Shown here piece after piece: positions 25,053 to 32,000 of a stretch of 32,000 nt of DNA. Within the stretch, counting starts at the first letter, position 1. Each line of letters starts with the position of its first letter. The notes beneath the pieces were generated by a model. That model searched no databases. It worked only from the letters and a program-made list of their open reading frames with translations, and was not told the origin of the DNA. Position numbers and translations under genes: made by a program. This DNA is from an uncultured Candidatus Saccharibacteria bacterium (lineage in GTDB: Bacteria; Patescibacteriota; UBA1384; XYA2-FULL-43-10; 1-14-0-10-43-13). The stretch covers positions 1 through 32,000 of the forward strand of contig CAZIYE010000002.1 of assembly GCA_964543385.1 (NCBI GenBank), read 5' to 3'.

Positions 25053-26054
25053 ATGACACAGAAAATAAAAGTTGATATATCTGTAGTGTCCGTTTTAAAA
25101 ATACTAGCAGTATTAGGTACTATTTATCTTCTCTTTGTCATTAGGGAGGTGATAGTTTTACTATTCATCGTGGCTATTCTAGTTATTACTTTCAGACCTA
25201 TCGTAAAAAGTTGGTCAAAAGCAATAGGAAAACCACTATCAATTTTATCATTGGTACTTATTCTCATACTTTTTATTGCTGGATTCGTTTATGTTATTAT
25301 TCCACCTCTTGTGGAACAAACTAAACAGCTAGCCAATGTAATACCAGATTTACTTACACAATCGTCATTTATTCGTGCTCATGTGCCTGAAATAGGAAAG
25401 GGTATCTCCACGATTGCTGAAAGTCTTGGCGGGGTTACCAGTAGCTTTATTTCATTTACGGCCAGTGTGTTCGGCGGAATAGTCTCATTTTTCACAATAA
25501 TTATATTAACGATCTACTTTTTGGCAGATGAAAAAATATTCCAAAATTTCAGAGCATTGATTCCAAAACACAAAGAAGGCGATGCCTATGTTTTGATGGG
25601 CAAAATCAGTATAAAGATTGGAGATTGGCTGAGAGGACAATTGTTGCTTGGTTTGATAATAGGTGTGTGTGTTTATATAGGTTTGAGCCTAATTGGTGTT
25701 AAATATGCCTTGGTGTTAGCCATTATTTCCGCCGTTCTGGAAATTATCCCAATTGTTGGTCCCGTTATCTCTGGCGCACTTGCGGCACTAATAAGTTTAT
25801 CAATATCTCCGCTGACGGCTCTTATCGTGGTTATCTTTTATATATTATTATCACAGCTAGAGAATACTCTTATAGTACCTAAAGTTATGCAAAAAGCGGT
25901 TGGCTTGCCTCCAGCAATTATAATTATTGCTGTTTTGATTGGTGGTAAAATCCTTGGTATTATTGGCGCGCTATTGGCTGTACCAATAGCCGCTATACTT
26001 TTTGTTGTAGTACAAGAGTGGGGTATCATTAGAAAGATCACTTCCAAGGAATGA
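25053..26054 (+). CDS. AI-2E family transporter (PerM/YdiK-like permease)
   Basis: Multi-TM protein with C-terminal LENTLIVPKVMQKAVGLPPAIIIIAVLIGGKILGIIGALLAVPIAA. AGGAGG RBS. Confidence 0.85.
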   Translation: MTQKIKVDISVVSVLKILAVLGTIYLLFVIREVIVLLFIVAILVITFRPIVKSWSKAIGKPLSILSLVLILILFIAGFVYVIIPPLVEQTKQLANVIPDLLTQSSFIRAHVPEIGKGISTIAESLGGVTSSFISFTASVFGGIVSFFTIIILTIYFLADEKIFQNFRALIPKHKEGDAYVLMGKISIKIGDWLRGQLLLGLIIGVCVYIGLSLIGVKYALVLAIISAVLEIIPIVGPVISGALAALISLSISPLTALIVVIFYILLSQLENTLIVPKVMQKAVGLPPAIIIIAVLIGGKILGIIGALLAVPIAAILFVVVQEWGIIRKITSKE

Positions 26055-26470
26055 AAACAGAATTTTACAACAAAAAAGCCCGTTTTGATTATGAAATCAT
26101 CGAATCCATGGAGGCCGGAATTGTCCTAACTGGTGAAGAAATCAAAGCCATTAGAACAGGGAGAGTCAGTCTCGTCGCTTCATATGCAAAGATAATTAGT
26201 GGTGAAGTTTTTTGGCTGGGTGGAAATTTTCTTGGTATCACAGTACCGGATAGAACCAAAAAACTTCTTTTGAATAAAAGTCAGATAAAAAGCCTGATTG
26301 GAAAAATACAGGAAGGAGGAATGACCTTAATTCCTCTAAAACTTTATCTCAAAAAAGGTAAGGCTAAATTAGAGTTAGGCCTTGGCCGTGGTAAGAAAAA
26401 GTATGATAAGAGAGAATCTATAAAACGTCACGATCAAGAGCGAGAGGCTGCTCGCAGGATAAAAGTTTAG
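26051..26470 (+). CDS. smpB: SsrA-binding protein
   Basis: KKARFDYEIIESMEAGIVLTGEEIKAIRTGRVSL...LIPLKLYLKKGKAKLELGLGRGKKKYDKRE. Confidence 0.9.
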   Translation: MKTEFYNKKARFDYEIIESMEAGIVLTGEEIKAIRTGRVSLVASYAKIISGEVFWLGGNFLGITVPDRTKKLLLNKSQIKSLIGKIQEGGMTLIPLKLYLKKGKAKLELGLGRGKKKYDKRESIKRHDQEREAARRIKV

Positions 26471-27018
26471 TTTACTAAAGGTTTTTTACTATATTGGCAT
26501 CCGCAATATTGTTGTCTATATAATCCGAAATTATTTGATAGTTCGATTGATTTTTTATATCCATCTTCTTTCTTAAAATCAAAAAAAATAAAATTGTCAG
26601 AAATATTTTCCCCAATTTCCTTTATCATCGCTGAGTTTTTGTGTGGCGATATCGGTAATGTGGTAGAAAAATTTGATTCTAACTGTTTGCTAAAATCAGC
26701 TGTTTTTCTCAATCTGAACTCAATGCATTTTCTGCATCTTTCGCCACCTTCTGGCTCATTGTCGAGGCCTTTTATATATTGATGCCATTGTGAATTTTCA
26801 GAGATATAATCATAATTGTTATCGATTATGATTCCTCTGCAATCTTTTTTTTCTAAAAAATTCTTTAACGTCTCGTGCCTTTTTTCATGTTCGGAAAAGG
26901 GCTCAATATTGGGGTTATACCAAAAAATTAAGCTTATGATATTAAGAGTTTCTAATTTTTCTAGTGATGCTGTAAGACATGGAGCGCAGCAGGTGTGAAG
27001 TAAAATTTTATTTTCCAT
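26467..27018 (-). CDS. queH: epoxyqueuosine reductase QueH (DUF208)
   Basis: LLHTCCAPC near the N-terminus, ERCRKC in the middle, LYRQQYCGC near the C-terminus. Confidence 0.8.
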   Translation of the reverse strand: MENKILLHTCCAPCLTASLEKLETLNIISLIFWYNPNIEPFSEHEKRHETLKNFLEKKDCRGIIIDNNYDYISENSQWHQYIKGLDNEPEGGERCRKCIEFRLRKTADFSKQLESNFSTTLPISPHKNSAMIKEIGENISDNFIFFDFKKEDGYKKSIELSNNFGLYRQQYCGCQYSKKPLVN

Positions 27019-27984
27019 TTAAATTTTTTCTATTATCCTGAGTTTAGCGCTTCTCGATCTTATATTTATTTCCATTTCTTTGTCTGTCGGGAGAATCGGT
27101 TTTCTTGTTATTATTTTGACCGTAGGTTTTTTGCCGCATATGCAGGGCATTGCCTTTGGACATTCGCATGGATCGGTTAGCTTTAGAAAAGCATGTTTAA
27201 CTATCCGATCTTCCAGGGAATGGAACGTTATAATTGCAAGTCGGCCGCCTTTTTTCAGAGTGTCTGCAAAATTATAAATAGCTTCATCTAATTTAGTAAG
27301 TTCTGAATTTACTTCAATCCTTAAAGCCTGAAAAGTTCTAGTAGCAAAATGTGTCCGGCCATGTTTGAATTTATCAGGCATTGATTTTGCTATTATATCT
27401 AATAGATCGCCAATTTTTTCTATCTTCTTTGTTTTTCTTATATCGCAAATATTCCTGGCAATCCTTTTTGCGAAAGGCTCTTCGCCATATTCTTTGAGAA
27501 TGTGTTCCATCCTGGCCTCGGGGTAATTGCCGAGAATATATTTTGCGTCAAATTTTTTTGTTTGATCCATCCTCATGTCGAGAGGTTGATTAGGATCTTT
27601 GAAAGAAAAACCACGCTCTGATCTATCCAACTGCATAGATGAGACGCCAAGATCTATCAGCGCTCCGCTAATAGATGGTGCGTTTAAATCGCCTAAGATG
27701 GTTTTGATATTTTTGAAATTGTCATGAACCAGGGTAAAATTTTCTTCTAATCCAGCCTTCTTAGTATTAGATTCAGCAATTATTAGTGCTTCTTGGTCTT
27801 GGTCTATTCCTATAATTCGAAGTTCATTTGTCGAAATTTGGAAATTATCAGCTAGAGCTAGACTGTGTCCAGCGGCTCCGAGAGTGCCATCAACAAAAAT
27901 TGGATTCTTTAAATCCTTCAAATAATCAAAACATTCTACTATTTCTTTTTTTAATACCGGTATATGCATTAGCCGAAGAATCAT
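27019..27984 (-). CDS. rsmH: 16S rRNA (cytosine1402-N4)-methyltransferase
   Basis: HIPVLKKEI...VDGTLGAAGHS...DLGVSSMQLD...TFHSLEDRIVK motifs. It abuts queH with no gap. Confidence 0.9.
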   Translation of the reverse strand: MILRLMHIPVLKKEIVECFDYLKDLKNPIFVDGTLGAAGHSLALADNFQISTNELRIIGIDQDQEALIIAESNTKKAGLEENFTLVHDNFKNIKTILGDLNAPSISGALIDLGVSSMQLDRSERGFSFKDPNQPLDMRMDQTKKFDAKYILGNYPEARMEHILKEYGEEPFAKRIARNICDIRKTKKIEKIGDLLDIIAKSMPDKFKHGRTHFATRTFQALRIEVNSELTKLDEAIYNFADTLKKGGRLAIITFHSLEDRIVKHAFLKLTDPCECPKAMPCICGKKPTVKIITRKPILPTDKEMEINIRSRSAKLRIIEKI

Positions 27985-28058
27985 TGATATTTACTCTATT
28001 TCTGTAAGATTCTATCATAAAATTGAAAATTTATCCACGTTGATATATCATAGTACCC

Positions 28059-29645
28059 ATGGATACAAAAAAAATACCCTTCGTGACACCAGAAGGATTA
28101 GATTTCATTTCCAATTTTTCTTCGAGCTTTGCCGAAGCTAATAATTTAAAATCTGATAATGACAAAACAATCAGCTCGGCTTTTATCTATGAAAAGCTCA
28201 GGGTTGCCGTCGAATATCAGGAAGAACATCTGATTTTAAAGAATGCGATGAGCAGGATACTCAGGAGAAAATGTACACTTTCTCCTAATATTAATGCTGA
28301 CCAATTATTTTCCGATCTTATTAGCGAACTGGCTTGGGCAAACTATATAAATCCTGAAGTGCTGAAAGAAAAAGATTCTGAGAGTATAATCTCTATTATT
28401 GATAAATATCTAACCATACTCAAATATGCCAAAACCGGTCGCTTTGCGCGTCACGAGTTGAATCATGCTGTCATGGACTGGCTTGCATGCGAAATTGATG
28501 AGTTTCTAAGACCAGACAAAAGCGAGCAAATTATTGTTGACTATGCCTACAACACTCTTATTAAGAGTCTGGATTTGTCAGAGGTTAGAATTGACGAGAA
28601 AGAAAATGAAATTCAGATGAAGGGTGCAATCTATGGATTCATCCTGAAGCCGGATTATGCACAGGTGCAATATTGGTTTCTGAAAAATATCTACCCCGAT
28701 TGGAATAGCTGGGGGATAGAAGAGATGAAGAAGATGGCTAGAAGCTTCGATCCATACTATAACAAGCTTGACCATGCACTAAATCATCCGTACCGTAAAA
28801 ATTATATCCAATTTGTAAAACGCCTCATCCCTCCATTTATACTCTTATACTCTGTCATGATAAAGAAAAAACTCAGTGCTTCGGAGGTAGGGGAGAAGCC
28901 GGCGTTATTGCATAGCCTTATTATGGAAGAATATAACCTTAAAGTTGCCGAAGCAAGAAATAAAGTATGGAGAGGTACCTTTAGGGCTTTAATATTTATA
29001 TTAATAACAAAAATTTCTCTGGCCTTTATTATTGAAATACCTTTTGACAAATATGTCTCTGGTTCGATTGATATGGTTTCTTTGATAATAAATATCTCCT
29101 TGCCTCCGTTGCTGATGTTATTTGCTGGTACATTTGTCAAATCTCCTTCTCGTCGAAATTACAAAACAATCTCGGATAGTGTCATCAGTCTTTTGACTCA
29201 AAATCAGTTGGATAATAAAAAATACACTCTTGTTAAAAGCCGATCCACTACATTCATGTTCTTTAATTTAGCTTATTCCTTCATTTCTTTGGGTATATTG
29301 TCTGCAGTAATTTGGCTATTGCTCTATCTCAAATTTAATATTGTTAGCATTACACTTTTCTTTTTCTTTGTCTCTGTTGTCTCTTTCTTCTCATTTAGAA
29401 TTAGAAATATCGCCCTGGAGCTAGCGATGAAGAGGGGGCGGGATGATGCTCTTACTTCGATACTAGAACTTGTCTTCATGCCTTTTATTCGTATTGGAAA
29501 ATTCTTCTCTGATCGGTTTGCTTCTTTTAACCCAATGATTTTGGCTTTGGATTTTCTTATTGAGGCTCCGCTTAAAACAGTCATAAAAATTATGAACTCT
29601 TGGCTGCGCTTTATAAACGCAAAAAAAGAGGAATTAGAATTATAA
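28059..29645 (+). CDS. hypothetical 528-aa membrane protein (soluble ~300-aa N-domain, C-terminal multi-TM region)
   Basis: Long ORF with no recognised motif and no obvious RBS. Followed after 13 nt by the receiver-domain gene. Confidence 0.6.
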   Translation: MDTKKIPFVTPEGLDFISNFSSSFAEANNLKSDNDKTISSAFIYEKLRVAVEYQEEHLILKNAMSRILRRKCTLSPNINADQLFSDLISELAWANYINPEVLKEKDSESIISIIDKYLTILKYAKTGRFARHELNHAVMDWLACEIDEFLRPDKSEQIIVDYAYNTLIKSLDLSEVRIDEKENEIQMKGAIYGFILKPDYAQVQYWFLKNIYPDWNSWGIEEMKKMARSFDPYYNKLDHALNHPYRKNYIQFVKRLIPPFILLYSVMIKKKLSASEVGEKPALLHSLIMEEYNLKVAEARNKVWRGTFRALIFILITKISLAFIIEIPFDKYVSGSIDMVSLIINISLPPLLMLFAGTFVKSPSRRNYKTISDSVISLLTQNQLDNKKYTLVKSRSTTFMFFNLAYSFISLGILSAVIWLLLYLKFNIVSITLFFFFVSVVSFFSFRIRNIALELAMKRGRDDALTSILELVFMPFIRIGKFFSDRFASFNPMILALDFLIEAPLKTVIKIMNSWLRFINAKKEELEL

Positions 29646-29658
29646 AATAAGGAGAAAT

Positions 29659-30057
29659 ATGTTAGAAGAAAAAGTTATCTTAGTTGTAGATGATGATCTA
29701 ACTCTTTTGGAGATGTATGTTGAGAGAATCAAGGCCGAAGGAGCCATTGTTATAGAGGCCAGGGATGGAGAAGAAGCACTCGAGAAGATTCGCGAAACAA
29801 AACCGAATATTATAATGCTTGATGTTATGATGCCCAAAATCAATGGATTTGACGTTCTAAAACAAATAAAAAGCGATGTTGAGACAGCTGGTATTCCAGT
29901 AATCATACTAACTGCGCTATCAGACGACCAAAAAAGAAGACAGGGTTTACAACTCGGCGCTGCTGATTTTATTGTCAAAGCAGAAACTTTACCTATCGAT
30001 GTTATTGAGAAAATTAGGAATCTTCTTGCAACTGAAAGTATGGGGCAGCCACTATAA
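29659..30057 (+). CDS. single-domain response regulator (CheY-like receiver only)
   Basis: ILVVDDD...IIMLDVMMPKINGFDVL...PVIILTAL...A.DFIVK. AAGGAG RBS. Confidence 0.9.
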   Translation: MLEEKVILVVDDDLTLLEMYVERIKAEGAIVIEARDGEEALEKIRETKPNIIMLDVMMPKINGFDVLKQIKSDVETAGIPVIILTALSDDQKRRQGLQLGAADFIVKAETLPIDVIEKIRNLLATESMGQPL

Positions 30058-30206
30058 ATTATTTGAGAGAGTTTACGACAAAATTGATGACCATCGGTCG
30101 TCATCTAGTCGAATCATTTCTCATACGGATGTATTAGGTCCAGTCAAATTATTTTTAGCACCAACTTGTACTGAAAAAATATATTGAGTCTCGCACGATT
30201 ATATAT

Positions 30207-30350
30207 TTATTTTATTGGAGAAGAAACCTTGCAATCTCTGCAAAATAAAACTTTTTCTGTTTTCTTTACTACAGAGACGCCATCAGCGTCTTTTGTAATT
30301 ACTGATTTCTCTTTTTCTTCCATCTTGCTTCCACAACGGGGACAGTTCAT
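30207..30350 (-). CDS. unannotated 47-aa zinc-ribbon protein (below the ORF-track cutoff)
   Basis: MNCPRCGSKMEEKEKSVITKDADGVSVVKKTEKVLFCRDCKVSSPIK* has CxxC...CxxC. GAAAGG sits 6 nt upstream of the ATG. Confidence 0.35.
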   Translation of the reverse strand: MNCPRCGSKMEEKEKSVITKDADGVSVVKKTEKVLFCRDCKVSSPIK

Positions 30351-30560
30351 ACTGGGCCTTTCTCTTACTTATCTTAAACACTAGACTCAATCAGGCATTA
30401 ATGCAAGGATTTACTGGATATTTGCCATTTTTCTATATAACAAATTTCCCCATAAATATATCTGTGTGTTATATCTTTGGGCTTAATATGTAATGGCAAG
30501 GTGCCTTGGCTTGATCGTAAAATTATGATATAGATAATAAGTTAAGTCATTGCAATAACT

Positions 30561-31247
30561 ATGGTCAATGGAGAAATGAAGCAAAATTTCAAATATATAG
30601 ATGTAATCACCGTAATATTTGTCGCAGTATTATTGATATCTAATATCGCCTCGACAAAAATCACCCAGATCGGTGGTTTTTCTCTTGATGGCGGTACAAT
30701 ACTTTTTCCTCTAGCCTATATTTTTAACGATATCTTGACCGAGGTTTATGGATATAGGCAATCAAGGAAGGTTATTTGGTTAGGTTTTGCTAGCGCTATT
30801 TTGATGTCCATAACCCTTGGTTTGGTCGGATTTTTGCCCTCCGCGAATGGCTGGGAGAACCAAGATGCTTATCAAAAAATTCTTGGTCAGGCGCCAAGAA
30901 TAGTTATCGCAAGCCTTTGTGCTTATCTAGTGGGAGAGTTCTCAAATTCTTTTATCCTTGCAAAAATGAAAATTGCCTCCAAGGGAAAATGGCTCTGGAT
31001 GAGAACTGTAGGATCAACATTAGTAGGTGAGCTATTAGACAGTCTGATCTTTATCGTCATTGCTTTTTCTGGCGTTTTGCCAAAAGAACTAATAATCGCT
31101 CTGATCGTCTCAAACTATGTATTTAAAACGGCTATCGAGATAATTTTCACTCCGATAACTTATGTTATAGTTAACTTCTTGAAGAAGGCAGAGGGCCAAG
31201 ATTACTATGACAAAAAGACAAATTTTAATCCATTTGCTTTAAAATAG
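30561..31247 (+). CDS. yhhQ: queuosine-precursor transporter (YhhQ/DUF165 family)
   Basis: GGTILFPLAYIFNDILTEVYGYRQSRKVIWLGF and multi-TM topology. The start may be ATG at 30576. Confidence 0.85.
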   Translation: MVNGEMKQNFKYIDVITVIFVAVLLISNIASTKITQIGGFSLDGGTILFPLAYIFNDILTEVYGYRQSRKVIWLGFASAILMSITLGLVGFLPSANGWENQDAYQKILGQAPRIVIASLCAYLVGEFSNSFILAKMKIASKGKWLWMRTVGSTLVGELLDSLIFIVIAFSGVLPKELIIALIVSNYVFKTAIEIIFTPITYVIVNFLKKAEGQDYYDKKTNFNPFALK

Positions 31248-31343
31248 CTTAGCCCAATTATTACTCCGATCTCTTGCATGTGTAGGATGGCGCAACTATA
31301 ATTATCAGTAGATTCCAATTTTATATATTAAAAAAAGGAACAA

Positions 31344-31574
31344 ATGAGCAAAGATATAATCAGGAGATTAATCGGCGACTCCATCGTTGTAGAGGAGAGA
31401 TCAATACCTATCTACACTCGTCATCTAAAAGATTCCTTATTTTGGTCGCCATTTTCTCCGAAAGAGGAAGAATCCATCAAAAGCAAACTCCAGATTCTCG
31501 AATCACAGTCAGAGGAACATGTTATTTTGCTGCGAAAACTTGGTGAATTATTAAGGGAGGAACAATGTTCATAA
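31344..31574 (+). CDS. hypothetical small helical protein (76 aa)
   Basis: AAAGGAACAA RBS. Overlaps the next gene by 10 nt. Confidence 0.5.
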   Translation: MSKDIIRRLIGDSIVVEERSIPIYTRHLKDSLFWSPFSPKEEESIKSKLQILESQSEEHVILLRKLGELLREEQCS

Positions 31575-31765
31575 AAAGAGAATATCTAAAATATTTCAAC
31601 GAGATTGAGCAAGTCGAGGCAGAGATGATTCGACGAGCCAAAGAATTACAAAAAGTCTTCGAAGGTAGTAGAGAAGCTACAGCGCTAGTCAACACGTGGC
31701 TTGCAGATGAAGAATCCCATCGCGAAATTGCACAAGAACTTATCAAAATAGTCAAAAAGAGATAG
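31565..31765 (+). CDS. hypothetical small helical protein (66 aa)
   Basis: Strong GGGAGG RBS inside the upstream gene's end. Confidence 0.5.
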   Translation: MFIKREYLKYFNEIEQVEAEMIRRAKELQKVFEGSREATALVNTWLADEESHREIAQELIKIVKKR

Positions 31766-31820
31766 ATATCGGCCTTAATAAAGGGTTGATAAAGTAGTCA
31801 ATTACTGCTACATTTTTGTA

Positions 31821-32000
31821 ATGTATAAAAGAATATCAAACTTCAAATATAAGCGTTTGCGTCATGCCGTATCTGTCCCATTTATTTTTGGTATGGCGAT
31901 ACCAATCGTCATACTGGATTTTTTTATAGAGATTTATCACCATGTTGCCTTTCCTCTCTATGGACTGCCAATTATCGAACGCAAGAAATACATTAGAATA
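31821..32000 (+). CDS. 5' part of a hypothetical membrane protein running off the window
   Basis: ATG at 31821 is open to the window end (MYKRISNFKYKRLRHAVSVPFIFGMAIPIVILDFFIEIYHHVAFPLYGLP...). Confidence 0.4.
   Translation, partial: MYKRISNFKYKRLRHAVSVPFIFGMAIPIVILDFFIEIYHHVAFPLYGLPIIERKKYIRI

Noticed and set aside
28449-28466. RHELNH in the 528-aa membrane protein as a histidine-kinase H-box
   Set aside because: No downstream N/G1/G2 ATPase motifs exist. The rest of the protein is TM helices.
29640-30384. ORF 29640-30104(-) antisense to the response regulator, and the + strand ORFs 29972-30187 and 30184-30384
   Set aside because: The first is antisense to a clear receiver domain. The + strand ORFs lack an RBS and have odd composition, and the second is antisense to the better-supported zinc-ribbon ORF.
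30385-30560. preQ1 riboswitch upstream of yhhQ
   Set aside because: One is expected from known biology, but I could not find the preQ1-I hairpin plus A-rich tail (for example GGUUC...ACCC...AAAAAACUA) or anything convincing by eye. This needs an Rfam scan before any claim.

Overview
Low-GC bacterial chromosomal window that reads cleanly under the standard code. The gene set (rny-ymdB-hup, two DUF881 genes, AI-2E permease, smpB, queH, rsmH, yhhQ) suggests a small-genome, Gram-positive-type, possibly Patescibacteria-like organism; that is inference only. There are eight tRNA genes, all with an encoded CCA: Pro-TGG, Gly-TCC, His-GTG, Arg-TCG, Arg-TCT, Lys-CTT, Glu-TTC and Arg-CCT. The left third (about 900-9400) looks accessory. 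It holds a tRNA-Arg(TCG) whose 3' end is duplicated exactly 110 bp downstream, then a large serine recombinase, a coupled small ORF behind a perfect 40-bp palindrome, a replication-relaxation-like protein, an iteron-like noncoding stretch, an IS481-family IS, a 1212-aa surface protein (beta-helix, NodB deacetylase, two Ig-like repeats) and a small XRE regulator. The middle (10.8-19.9 kb, downstream of tRNA-Glu) is a same-strand cluster: DUF5320, SDR, DUF134, thioredoxin, DsbD-like protein, YibE/F, two ZIP transporters flanking a rhodanese, a DUF2202 ferritin-like protein and a secreted protein. It ends in a second XRE copy that carries an in-frame TAA. The right third is housekeeping. The main hand-found signals are a bipartite motif (TAGCCAG...AGGTGTTCRAA) present three times, two of them downstream of the paralogous XRE genes and ending in tRNA-3'-end-like sequence, the palindrome over the recombinase promoter, a 23/25-nt motif shared by two unrelated 5' regions, and two tRNAs with a UCCGAUU T-loop. 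No CRISPR array, rRNA or recognisable defence system was seen. All homology calls come from motif recognition by eye, not from searches.
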